From a virus, in IMG/VR virus record IMGVR_UViG_3300022562_001814, positions 64,001 to 128,000 of that record: DNA of 64,000 nt; one strand, written 5' to 3'. The notes below the pieces were generated by a model, which was given only the letters and a program-made list of their open reading frames with translations, ran no database searches and was not told the DNA's origin. A program made the translations under genes and the position numbers. Every line of letters begins with the position of its first letter. The first letter of the stretch is position 1. Of this stretch, positions 30,435 to 40,060 are shown piece after piece.

Positions 30435-31220
30435 ATGGTCTCGACAAATTTTTATAAATCAGATCTTAATAAGATACATAATATAGTGCAAAATACTATG
30501 AATTTGCACTCAAAAGAACTTATTTTATTTTCATTAAGAGATTTTTTTGCTCAAGATACATTTTATCGATATGTTACAGACCATTATGGTTATCCAAAGG
30601 TAGTAGATGTAACAGATTTGCCTTTAGAAGCTGGAATTAATGATGATTCTACTACCAGAATATGTATTCAAGAAGCATTTAAAATGGAACCCGATTTTTA
30701 TCCAGCTTTAATAGTTAAATCAGGGTCTTTTAATTCTATACCTATTTCTTTAAATAGAGAGACCTCCTGTGTTCAGTGGGATGATTTAATTTTTCAAGAT
30801 GGCTATGGTAATATTAAAACTTTTAGAACACCAATTCATTTTATTTTTGCAGGGGCATGGGAAGGCACGATTAATATTGATATTTTAGCCAGAGATATGC
30901 GCTCTAGAGATGATTTAGTTGATTTGACATCCATTTATTTCGTAGATGTTGCTTTTAATGAATTAGTAAAAGAAGGAATAGTGGTATTAAACGTATCAAC
31001 AAGTGGTCCAACAGATACTGATGATAGAAATCATAGATTATTTAAAGATACTGTAAATTTAAAAATACGTACCGAGTGGCGCCGTCACGTTCCAATAGAA
31101 AATATTATAGAAATAATTAATGCGGCTATAGAATTTGGACAAGTTGATGAGGAAATAATAGCACCGAATTTAACTATCAATACAGAACAAACCTTACAAG
31201 AAATATTAAATAATCTGTAA
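30435..31220 (+). CDS. putative tail terminator/completion protein
   Basis: Immediately upstream of sheath; FYPALIV...INIDILARD..RDDL pattern; one DGY. Confidence 0.55.
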   Translation: MVSTNFYKSDLNKIHNIVQNTMNLHSKELILFSLRDFFAQDTFYRYVTDHYGYPKVVDVTDLPLEAGINDDSTTRICIQEAFKMEPDFYPALIVKSGSFNSIPISLNRETSCVQWDDLIFQDGYGNIKTFRTPIHFIFAGAWEGTINIDILARDMRSRDDLVDLTSIYFVDVAFNELVKEGIVVLNVSTSGPTDTDDRNHRLFKDTVNLKIRTEWRRHVPIENIIEIINAAIEFGQVDEEIIAPNLTINTEQTLQEILNNL

Positions 31221-31306
31221 TTTTCGTTAATTTAGGTATTAAATAACCGGGTAATAATATCATATTTTACTGATAGTTTGGATTACTATGAATAATAAGG
31301 ATAAAA

Positions 31307-34117
31307 ATGGCTAATCTTCCTGCCGGCGCATCTACACTACCTGGCGTTACAACTGATATTATTACGCAGACGGCCGGGGTCTCAGTTCCAGGTGGCACAC
31401 GCTTAGCGCTTTTGGTTGGTACTGGTGCAAGAACAGAGGTTGTTGTTGCTTCTGCAGTAGGTAATGGTAATGATGGATTAAATTCTGAATACACATCTAC
31501 TACTGGTAGAGATAGTCGACACTTCGTACTTAAAAATGCCCCTATAGTTTCCAATCGCACACAGCTTTTTAAAAATGGGCTTCCACTTGTTGGTATTGAA
31601 AGCACTCTCCCTGATTCTAATTCTTTTGATAATAGATATGATTATCGAATCGATATTGCAAATGGAAGAATAGAATTACAAACAGCTTATATTATCGATC
31701 AAGGCGGCTCGCTCTATTCTATTGGTTCTACAAATGTTGGGTTAGGTAATTTAGATGGTTATGGTGGTCCCACATTAGATGATGAAAATGCTCCAACAGA
31801 AACATGGACCATTAAATGCATTTCGGTACAACGTAATAGTTTAAATCAACCCGTACAAGATACGGCAAAATTTATTGCTTTTGGTTCTGTTTCAGGGGTT
31901 AAACTAAATTCTTCAGGCAGCCCTATTGTATGGGTAGCTAATGGACAATTAGTAAGTAACGGTATAATTAGTTTCGCTATTAATGAAACTAAATCTATGA
32001 GCACATCAGTTTCACCTTTCAGGGAGGGTGATTATTTCACTTTACAAGTTAAAGGTGGTGCTCTTAGTCGTAATGATTCGTTAACTGCTACATATATATC
32101 TGTAGCTGATATTAATGATCCTGAATTTTTTACTTCGGCAGATGAATTAGTTGCTAAACACGGTTCGCCAAGTACTGAAAATACTCTTTCATTAGGTGCT
32201 CAGTTAGCATTTTCTAATAGTCCACCAGGCGTTTATGCTTTGCAAGCTAAACCGCCACTTCCACGTAGAACTTCAATTAATTTGGTATCAAGTTTTGATG
32301 CAACATCTACGGATGTAGATGATTTCGTGGTTCCGTTACCTTTAGGAGTAATGCCTGATTTAGATACTGATATTCACTTTTTTGTTACTGATCCTACAAC
32401 AAAAGTTGAAACACAACTTCTACCAAATAAATGGGATTTCTATACTTTAGATACTGCAGGAAATCCAACTACAGACGCTTTTGTGTTTGATGATGTAGAC
32501 CCTCCTGGCGGCTACTCATTCTCATATTCTGTTAATCAAAGTGATGCGGTACTTAATTTTGGTAATGACGGTTATTTAAACAGAAGCCTAACTTCATCGG
32601 TTTTAGGCACTTTTAGTGTTGATGGCACCACATTTACTTCATCATATGTTGGTAAGAAATTAAAGATATTTGATTCAGTTAATTTGGCAAATAGTGGTAC
32701 TTGGGACGTTATCGGTGTTACCGATGGTGAATTAAATATTCAAGCTACCGGTACAACTCCATTTGATGCTTTCGTTACTGATGCTGCCAATGTTGATTTC
32801 TATCTTTTAAATCCAGTTACTGGATTAACTGTTGCATTAAGTACGGCAACAGATGGTTATATAGCTCCACTTGCCGGTATTCAAGCCACGTTTGGAAGCT
32901 TAAGTATTGATTTTACAACATTAGCGGCTGGAGAAGGACTACCGTTAACAATAGCTGGATTAAAATTAGTTGTAACAGATTCGACTACGGCTACAAATAT
33001 CGGAACTTTTGATATTATTTCTGATAGCGGTGGAGGAGCCATTGTTATTTCGAAATCATTTGTAAGCGAACATGATCTTGATTACGAAGTATTAGATACT
33101 TCAAGTACTAGCAGTTATATCGTATTAAATCATAATATTGTGCCAGATGGTAATTCATTACGCATAACATTAATTGATGAGCGTGATGCTGACTTCTATG
33201 ATGCTGGTTGGATAGCAGCTCTTGAAAAATTGGAAACAATTGAAGTTGATATATTGGTTCCGCTACCAACACAAACGCCTTCAATTATTTTCCAAAATTT
33301 CTTAAATCATTGTATTACAATGAGCAATTTAAGAAATAAGAGAGAGCGTGTACTATTTACCGGAGCAATTCAAGGATTAGCGCCTGAAAATCTAACAGGA
33401 GCCGAGCCTGCTGCCGTAGAAGATATTGGTATTCTTGAAGGTATTCAAGGTGATAATATCAGTGAAATTTTGGCTGGTAATACCGAAGATTTAACCAACT
33501 ATTCGGTTGCTGATGGATTCGGGCATACGTTTAGAGCAATGTATTTTTGGCCTGATGAAATTGTTGCTGTGGTTGGTGGAGAAAACACAATTATTGATGG
33601 TTTCTATATTGCTGCTGCAGCCGCAGGGCTTGTATCTGGTACAGCCAATATTGCAATGCCACTAACTCAAAAAGTAATTAGTGGATTTAATATTCTTCGT
33701 GATAAAACACTTTCGGTTACAACTATGGAACAATTGGCTGCTGCAGGTGTAACTGTACTACAACCGGTTGCTGGTGGTGGAAGAGTTATCTGGGGCAAGA
33801 CAACAACGCAAAGCGGTTTCCCAGAAGAAGAAGAAATGTCGATCGTCTTTATTAGAGATCGTATTGCTAAGTCTTTACGTACTGGCTTTGCAGGATTTAT
33901 TGGAATTCCTGAAGATCCAGATGTTATTCCAATGTTAACAACTAGGGCGGTTGGATTATTAAATGCATTTATTGCTCAAAATATAATCACAGACTTTGCT
34001 AGCTTGGTAGTTAGACGTGACTCTGTAGATCCAAGACAATGGAATATTAGTGTGAAAGTGCAGCCTAACTATCCTGTCAATTTCATTTTCATAAGAGTTG
34101 GAATCGGCACGATATAA
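31307..34117 (+). CDS. contractile tail sheath protein
   Basis: LPGV N-terminus; ALEKLE..HC..MS...RER; GGRVIWGKTT; IRDRI; ends DPRQWNISVKVQPNYPVNFIFI; strong AAGGA RBS. Confidence 0.88.
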   Translation: MANLPAGASTLPGVTTDIITQTAGVSVPGGTRLALLVGTGARTEVVVASAVGNGNDGLNSEYTSTTGRDSRHFVLKNAPIVSNRTQLFKNGLPLVGIESTLPDSNSFDNRYDYRIDIANGRIELQTAYIIDQGGSLYSIGSTNVGLGNLDGYGGPTLDDENAPTETWTIKCISVQRNSLNQPVQDTAKFIAFGSVSGVKLNSSGSPIVWVANGQLVSNGIISFAINETKSMSTSVSPFREGDYFTLQVKGGALSRNDSLTATYISVADINDPEFFTSADELVAKHGSPSTENTLSLGAQLAFSNSPPGVYALQAKPPLPRRTSINLVSSFDATSTDVDDFVVPLPLGVMPDLDTDIHFFVTDPTTKVETQLLPNKWDFYTLDTAGNPTTDAFVFDDVDPPGGYSFSYSVNQSDAVLNFGNDGYLNRSLTSSVLGTFSVDGTTFTSSYVGKKLKIFDSVNLANSGTWDVIGVTDGELNIQATGTTPFDAFVTDAANVDFYLLNPVTGLTVALSTATDGYIAPLAGIQATFGSLSIDFTTLAAGEGLPLTIAGLKLVVTDSTTATNIGTFDIISDSGGGAIVISKSFVSEHDLDYEVLDTSSTSSYIVLNHNIVPDGNSLRITLIDERDADFYDAGWIAALEKLETIEVDILVPLPTQTPSIIFQNFLNHCITMSNLRNKRERVLFTGAIQGLAPENLTGAEPAAVEDIGILEGIQGDNISEILAGNTEDLTNYSVADGFGHTFRAMYFWPDEIVAVVGGENTIIDGFYIAAAAAGLVSGTANIAMPLTQKVISGFNILRDKTLSVTTMEQLAAAGVTVLQPVAGGGRVIWGKTTTQSGFPEEEEMSIVFIRDRIAKSLRTGFAGFIGIPEDPDVIPMLTTRAVGLLNAFIAQNIITDFASLVVRRDSVDPRQWNISVKVQPNYPVNFIFIRVGIGTI

Positions 34118-34125
34118 ATAGATTT

Positions 34126-34453
34126 ATGAAATTTGAAGGTAATTTTCTAAATCAAGTCAAATTGCTATTTGATCAACATATCGGTTCCAGAGAAATTGCT
34201 CAAAAACTTGGCTGCACTCGTTGGAAAGTACAGCAAGCTTATAAAGAACTTGGAATCAATAACATTGGTAGACATAAAAAACGTACCGCTCGTCTTTATT
34301 CTTTATGTCGAGCGGTGCTGTAAAATTTGTAATATAATAAAATCAATAGATCAATTTAGACAAAGAGAAAAAAAGAATCGTATTTTCCAGCTCTATTTTA
34401 CTTTTATAAAAGATGAAAATTTACGATTTATAAATTTAAGTATAATATTTTAG
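34126..34453 (+). pseudogene. frameshifted, truncated remnant of an HNH-type endonuclease gene
   Basis: FLNQVKLLFDQHIG..I...L.....VQQAYKELGI aligns to FLNKVLVLFNQGLG..I...L.....INRAYIKLGI in 34480..35409; +1 frame continues ERCCKICNIIKSIDQF (cf. EKYCKLCEKTIPIENF); nuclease domain absent. Confidence 0.7.
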
Positions 34454-34479
34454 ACGTGTCAAAAAACGAGATATAATAA

Positions 34480-35409
34480 ATGAAAGTTTGTTCTAAATGT
34501 AAGTTATCTAAACCATTAGATTCCTTTTCAGTTAAAAATAAGACTAATGTAATTAAATATAATTCTTGGTGTAAATCTTGTTTCAACATATATCAAAAAA
34601 ATAAGCGAAGTAATAAATGTAAAATTACAATATATAATGATGAATTTCTTAATAAAGTATTAGTGTTATTTAATCAAGGGTTGGGAAAAGTAAAAATAAG
34701 TAGAATATTAAACGTGCATCCTTGTAAAATTAATAGGGCTTATATTAAATTAGGGATCAAAAACAGTTATCTAACAAAAAATAAAAATAACACTAGAAAA
34801 ACGCACCTAATAACAGAAAAATATTGCAAATTATGTGAGAAAACTATTCCTATTGAAAATTTTTTCTTCTACATTGATAAATGTGGCAGAAAGAGAATTA
34901 AATTCATATGTAAATTTCATCAAAAAATTAAAGATAAAATAAGATTAAAATTAAGATATGAAAAATTAAAAAATACTTTAAAATTTAAAAAATCTCGTAA
35001 CCAATATATTAAAAATAAATATAAAACTGATATTAATTTTAGATTAAAATCAAATATATCAAAATTATTAAATAAATATTTAAAACGTAATTGTAAAAAG
35101 AAGGCTGGAAATACTTGTCAAAACCTTTTAGGATATTCTATCGCACAATTAAAAAATCATTTAGAAAATTTATTTGAGTCCTGGATGAATTGGAGTAATT
35201 GGGGTAAATATAATGCTAAAATTTGGGATGATAACGATCCTTCTACTTGGACCTGGCAGATTGATCACATTGTTCCCCAATCAGATTTGCCATCATTAAT
35301 TATTGGTGATGATAATTTTAAAAAATGTTGGGCATTAGAAAATTTAAGACCATATTCCGCTAAACTAAATTTTTTAGACGGCGTTTATAGGATAAGGCAT
35401 AAAAAGTAA
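34480..35409 (+). CDS. HNH-family homing endonuclease
   Basis: CxxC Zn modules; LKNHLE..F..WMNW..WQIDHIVP..CWALENLRP..AKLN. Confidence 0.85.
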   Translation: MKVCSKCKLSKPLDSFSVKNKTNVIKYNSWCKSCFNIYQKNKRSNKCKITIYNDEFLNKVLVLFNQGLGKVKISRILNVHPCKINRAYIKLGIKNSYLTKNKNNTRKTHLITEKYCKLCEKTIPIENFFFYIDKCGRKRIKFICKFHQKIKDKIRLKLRYEKLKNTLKFKKSRNQYIKNKYKTDINFRLKSNISKLLNKYLKRNCKKKAGNTCQNLLGYSIAQLKNHLENLFESWMNWSNWGKYNAKIWDDNDPSTWTWQIDHIVPQSDLPSLIIGDDNFKKCWALENLRPYSAKLNFLDGVYRIRHKK

Positions 35410-35456
35410 TATTAAGATATACATATGTAAGTTTTTTATGCATTTAAAGGATATAT

Positions 35457-36107
35457 ATGCCTCTTCTGACGCCCCAAACCAAAAGTATCATCGAGAACCC
35501 AAATGGTAGCAATAGAACCGGTACGGCTCTTTCTACTCATATTGTAATTCGTGTTGGTCCCAACCCAGTTGGCGCTGTTCAAAGTATAGAAATTAGAGAA
35601 GAAAGAACTGTAACCCCTGTTGATGAAGTTGGTACAGATGGTCATATTGATAGTGCTCCAACCCGGTCTACAAATATTTCTGGAAATTGTCGTAGAATTC
35701 GTTATGATCGTATTCGTGTTGCCGAAGCATTTAGTCGTGGCTTCTTACATGCAAAATCACAACGTATTCCATTTAATATAGATATTTATGACAAATGGAA
35801 TGGTGACGGCGCAGATAGTATGATTGTTACCACAATTAAAAATGTATGGATAACTGGAATTGATTATTCATATACTGCTGATAACTGGATTATTACAGAT
35901 AATATGTCATGGATGGCAGAAGATATTGGCAGTACTATTCAAGGCGGACCGGCTACGGCAGGTCTTGGTGGTCCACGCGCTCTAACGTTACAAACTGATG
36001 TCGAAGGAATTGAACAACGTGCTGATCGTGGTATGTTACGCGGCGCCCTTGACTCTTCATTCAGCCCAAGTACCGGACTTATAAATAGTATCTTTGGGGG
36101 CTTTTAA
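35457..36107 (+). CDS. tail tube protein
   Basis: 216 aa after sheath; VGAVQSIEIRE..V.EVG, FNIDIYD, IKNVWIT..DYSY..II.DNMSW.AE pattern. Confidence 0.78.
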   Translation: MPLLTPQTKSIIENPNGSNRTGTALSTHIVIRVGPNPVGAVQSIEIREERTVTPVDEVGTDGHIDSAPTRSTNISGNCRRIRYDRIRVAEAFSRGFLHAKSQRIPFNIDIYDKWNGDGADSMIVTTIKNVWITGIDYSYTADNWIITDNMSWMAEDIGSTIQGGPATAGLGGPRALTLQTDVEGIEQRADRGMLRGALDSSFSPSTGLINSIFGGF

Positions 36108-36138
36108 ACAGAAAACACACATATTTATGTATTAAAAT

Positions 36139-36888
36139 ATGCATTATCTGTATAAGATCACAAATTTAGTCAATAATAAAATTTATATTGGACAAACTGT
36201 ACAGCCAAATAAGCGTTGGTGGCAGCATCGATTTGAAGCTGCCAATCCAACTAAAGTAATACATTATGCCATTAATAAATACGGTGCTCATAATTTTGTT
36301 TTTGAAGTTATAGCTATGTCAAAAACAAAAAATGACGCCAATATTATTGAGATAGAGTTGATACGACAATATCAATCACATGTTTCCACTGGGTTAGGAT
36401 ATAATAATGCCATTGGTGGTAATAGTAATTCTGGATATCATCACTCCGAAGAAACTAGAAGAAAAATATCCAAAGCTAATAAAGGACAAAAACAAACACC
36501 AGAACAAAAAAAATTATTATTTGAAGGGTTAGCGAAGTGGGTAGAAGAAAATGGACCGCCACATAAAGGCAAAAAACATACCAAAGAAAGTAAACAAAAA
36601 ATGTCAGAAAGCCATAAAGGTTATTCTGCCTGGAATAAAGGTTTGATTGATTGTTTTTCAGAAGAAACGCGTCAAAAAATGGCTAATGCCAAAAGAGGTA
36701 AAAAAGCCTCCGAAGAGACTAAAAGAAAAATGTCAATATCTCGCACCAAAAACCGAAAATGTAGTATTGAAGATTGTGATAACCCGCATGACGCAAAAGG
36801 ATATTGTTCCAAACATTATTATCAATATATAGATAGAGAACAAGTAAAAAAAAGAAAAAAGCGTTACTACGAACGTCATAAACGTTAA
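36139..36888 (+). CDS. GIY-YIG homing endonuclease with NUMOD3 repeats
   Basis: YLYKITNLVNNKIYIGQT, GYN..GG, HSEETRRKIS, KHTKESKQKMS, C-terminal CxxxxC..H..GYCSKH. Confidence 0.9.
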   Translation: MHYLYKITNLVNNKIYIGQTVQPNKRWWQHRFEAANPTKVIHYAINKYGAHNFVFEVIAMSKTKNDANIIEIELIRQYQSHVSTGLGYNNAIGGNSNSGYHHSEETRRKISKANKGQKQTPEQKKLLFEGLAKWVEENGPPHKGKKHTKESKQKMSESHKGYSAWNKGLIDCFSEETRQKMANAKRGKKASEETKRKMSISRTKNRKCSIEDCDNPHDAKGYCSKHYYQYIDREQVKKRKKRYYERHKR

Positions 36889-36896
36889 TATTATAA

Positions 36897-36950
36897 TTAA
36901 TAACCTCACATCATTTGATATATATGTTAAATGATTGTGAGGTTTATTAA
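36897..36950 (+). promoter_or_regulatory. hairpin pairing with the RBS of the tail-assembly chaperone
   Basis: ttaataacctcaca-tcatttgatat / atgttaaatga-ttgtgaggtttattaa; CCTC pairs with GAGG and stem reaches the A of ATG. Confidence 0.7.
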
Positions 36951-37558
36951 TGTCTTCATCATTTTATAAAAAAACAGCAGAACCACAAACTAAATTACGA
37001 GAATTTAATGTGGGAGATCCGGATGAAATGCCATCTATACCTGTAACTCAACCAACTTATTTACAAAATTCACAGGGATATGAATTATCTCCTGCCGAAA
37101 GAGATGAATTACAAAAATTAAGACAAGAAACAATAGCTAATAAAAATAAAGTAGGTGGTCATGCCAAACAAAGAATTGAATTATTAGCCAATATTGGTAG
37201 ATTATTCAAAGACGTTGAAATTGATGGTATTGTTTTCTCATTACGTACTTTAAAAGCTAAAGAGTCAAGAGAAGCAATGCTTTCTATATTTAAATGTACA
37301 AATGATGCTGATGCAGCTTTTGAAATTAGACGTCAAACTCTAGCTCGAGCCATTTTTAAAATAGATGGACAAGACATTGAGTCTACATTAGGTGGGGCGG
37401 ATTTTGATCTTAAATTGGGTTTGGTCGATGATATGGAAGAAACAATTATAACCAAATTATATAATGAATTCAATGAATTGAGGCACGAAGTTGGCGTTAA
37501 ATACGGTATTGAAAGCGAAACTCAAGCAAAGGAGGTTGCTGAAGATCTAAAAAAATAG
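36950..37558 (+). CDS. tail assembly chaperone (gpG-like, short form)
   Basis: Between tube and tape measure; ends in slippery A AAA AAA TAG. Confidence 0.75.
   Translation: MSSSFYKKTAEPQTKLREFNVGDPDEMPSIPVTQPTYLQNSQGYELSPAERDELQKLRQETIANKNKVGGHAKQRIELLANIGRLFKDVEIDGIVFSLRTLKAKESREAMLSIFKCTNDADAAFEIRRQTLARAIFKIDGQDIESTLGGADFDLKLGLVDDMEETIITKLYNEFNELRHEVGVKYGIESETQAKEVAEDLKK
37549..37555 (+). other. programmed -1 ribosomal frameshift heptamer A AAA AAA
   Basis: ct-A-AAA-AAA-tag; -1 frame open from 37555 (IVKEPDHRFLWYLCKTFKKFPDDPELED) into ORF 37639..37893. Confidence 0.85.
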
Positions 37559-37893
37559 TTAAGGAGCCGGATCATAGGTTTTTATGGTATCTATGTAAGA
37601 CTTTTAAGAAATTTCCAGATGATCCTGAATTAGAGGACATGGATCCGGTTACCAAAATGTATATGTTCCATCATTGGTTAGAAGATACTAACGAGCAAGT
37701 TGAATTAGCCAAATATCATGGCTATTTAATAGGTTCGTTTACTAATCCAGAAGCAGTTAAACAAATGATTGGTGGAAATACTATTTCTGCCTCTGAAGAA
37801 GATTTTGAAGAAACTTCTAAATGGATTACAGAAGATATTAAGCAAGAAAGCCACCCCCCCAAACGACGTCGACGTAAACGAAAAATTATTTAA
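37555..37893 (+). CDS. frameshift extension of tail assembly chaperone (gpGT-like)
   Basis: Continuous -1 frame; ends just before the tape-measure RBS. Confidence 0.75.
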   Translation: MVKEPDHRFLWYLCKTFKKFPDDPELEDMDPVTKMYMFHHWLEDTNEQVELAKYHGYLIGSFTNPEAVKQMIGGNTISASEEDFEETSKWITEDIKQESHPPKRRRRKRKII

Positions 37894-37900
37894 GGTTTAA

Positions 37901-40051
37901 ATGGGCGATCTTACTATTGAACAACTTAAACAGTTAGAAATACAATTAAAAGAAAATGCAAAACAGACAGAAATAAATACTTCTAAAATTAGAAGTTTTT
38001 TTGATTCGGCCAGTGAGGCGATAAAACAATATGGAGTAAAGTTTAAAGAAGCTGAAAAAAATATGAGCAGTTGGTCACTTAGTTCTAATAAAGATTTCGA
38101 TAAATTTGCTAATGGGCTTAATAAAACCATGACGTTAATGAGTAATTTTAAACCATTTGAAAATTTAAAATTAGAAGGTAGTTCCGCTATTAATACTATG
38201 AGTAATAAATTTGATGCTCTAGCAACTAAAATGGGCGGTATAACAAATGTTGCCACCGCATTAGGTGGAAAATACGCCCAAGCTTTATCAATGGGTGGTG
38301 AAAAAGCGGTAAAACAATTATTAGATCAGTCTAGTCAGGCAGAAATATTAGAACATAATTTGTTGGGTGTGATAAAAATGAGCGGAGAACTTGGAAAATA
38401 CCAAAAACAAATGGGTGATAACTACGAAAATTTAAATAAATTAACCGCAGATTTTGGTGCTGCTATGAATAATTCGGCAAAAGCTACCGGGTATAGTGTT
38501 GAACAAGTTACTCAATGGGCTATGTCTGCTAAACATATTCGTGGTTTTCTCGATCATACGGTTGAGGGATTAGGTAAATTCGGTGAAGGAATGTCAGCAA
38601 TGACGGCGGCTATTCAGTTATCTCGTAGTTCATCACAAGATATGAGTATTGTTTTAGGTACTCTAGTAAAAGCTTATGAAGATTTAGGTAATGCACAGGG
38701 ACCAGTAACGGATGGAGTTGAAAAAGGTCTGCACATGTTCAGTTTAATGCAAGAAGCTACTGATAAATTGGGTATTAGATTTGAAGATACTCAAGGATAT
38801 TTAACTCATGTTGCTGATGCTTTTAAATTTATTGGTGATAATACCCAGGGCGCCACTAATATATTAGCCAGATTTAGTGGGGCTTTGCAAAATACTGGAT
38901 TAACTGCCAAAGCCTCTGTAGATATTATACAAGGAATGGTTGATTCTGTTAATAGTTTGAGTATTGGTACTAAAGCGCTAATATCTCAACGCACAGGTGG
39001 TCCGGGTGGATTACAAGGCGCATTCCAAATAGAAAATTTATTAAGACAGGGTAAGGTAGATGAAGTTGCCAAAAAAATGGAGCAAACACTTCGCCAACAA
39101 TTTGGTGGTAAAATTTATAGCTTAGAAGAAGCTGCAAGAAGCCCTCAAGCTGCTTCTCAATTTATGCGCCAACGTGAATTATTAAAAAGTGGAGCCTTTG
39201 GCGGATTAGCTAAAACCGATGAAACTGCTAATAGATTATTAGAAGCTTTGTCTAAAGGTCCAACAGAAACCGCCAATGCATTAAAAAGTGCTGATGAAGC
39301 ATTAAAAGACAATGTTGCTGAAGGAACAAAATTAACTGAAAGGACTAATACAATATTAGATGATATGAATACTTCTATAGCTAGAGGCGTTATTATTCAA
39401 GAGCAGCAATTATTATTAGAAGCAAGATCAATTATCGGAACGGGAAAAAATGAAAAAGGTGAAGAATCTGCCTATGCTCAAGAATTAATAAAATCTTTGG
39501 AAGATACTGTTGCCAGAGACGTTGATCGTATGCGGCATAATAAACAGGGCGGTCCTCCAGAATTCAAGCAACTTTTGGCTACTGAAAATAGGGCGGCGGC
39601 CGGCGGATTTGGTAGATCTGTTGGGGCAGCTCCAGAAATATTTAATCGTTCGGCTAATTTAGTAAAAGATTATTTGCTTGGGGCAAGTGAATTGGTTGGT
39701 GGTAGTTATGGCAAAAATGTATCCGCAGAGGAAGCAACAAGGCAAAAAACATTAAATAATATTAAATTAGAGCAAGAACGTTCTCAAAGAGCCGCCGAAA
39801 GAGGTGCAAGAGAGATGGCTGCAAGAGCTATGAGACAACGACCAGCTAATTTAGCTGCTCATCTACCTAATTTAGAAACAACAAAACACGAAGTTGAAGT
39901 AAAACCAATTAAAGTTGATGTAACTGTTAATAATAATAATCCAACAGCAGATGTTCAAGTAAAGGTACGAGAAACAGAATCTGTAAATAAAACAACTAGC
40001 CGTACAGTTAATACAGGTGGGGTTAATACACGTATTAACCCAGGATACTAA
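37901..40051 (+). CDS. tape measure protein (short)
   Basis: 716 aa, helical A/G/M/Q-rich, directly after frameshifting chaperone. Confidence 0.72.
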   Translation: MGDLTIEQLKQLEIQLKENAKQTEINTSKIRSFFDSASEAIKQYGVKFKEAEKNMSSWSLSSNKDFDKFANGLNKTMTLMSNFKPFENLKLEGSSAINTMSNKFDALATKMGGITNVATALGGKYAQALSMGGEKAVKQLLDQSSQAEILEHNLLGVIKMSGELGKYQKQMGDNYENLNKLTADFGAAMNNSAKATGYSVEQVTQWAMSAKHIRGFLDHTVEGLGKFGEGMSAMTAAIQLSRSSSQDMSIVLGTLVKAYEDLGNAQGPVTDGVEKGLHMFSLMQEATDKLGIRFEDTQGYLTHVADAFKFIGDNTQGATNILARFSGALQNTGLTAKASVDIIQGMVDSVNSLSIGTKALISQRTGGPGGLQGAFQIENLLRQGKVDEVAKKMEQTLRQQFGGKIYSLEEAARSPQAASQFMRQRELLKSGAFGGLAKTDETANRLLEALSKGPTETANALKSADEALKDNVAEGTKLTERTNTILDDMNTSIARGVIIQEQQLLLEARSIIGTGKNEKGEESAYAQELIKSLEDTVARDVDRMRHNKQGGPPEFKQLLATENRAAAGGFGRSVGAAPEIFNRSANLVKDYLLGASELVGGSYGKNVSAEEATRQKTLNNIKLEQERSQRAAERGAREMAARAMRQRPANLAAHLPNLETTKHEVEVKPIKVDVTVNNNNPTADVQVKVRETESVNKTTSRTVNTGGVNTRINPGY

Positions 40052-40060
40052 GGATAATAA

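Noticed and set aside
34118-36949. Group I introns around the endonucleases
   Set aside because: Flanking genes look complete with proper termini, and the spacers are too short for an intron core
37850-37893. NLS-like basic tails (PKRRRRKRK; also KKRRKRQ at ~5900)
   Set aside because: Basic C-termini are common in phage proteins and nothing else indicates a eukaryotic host
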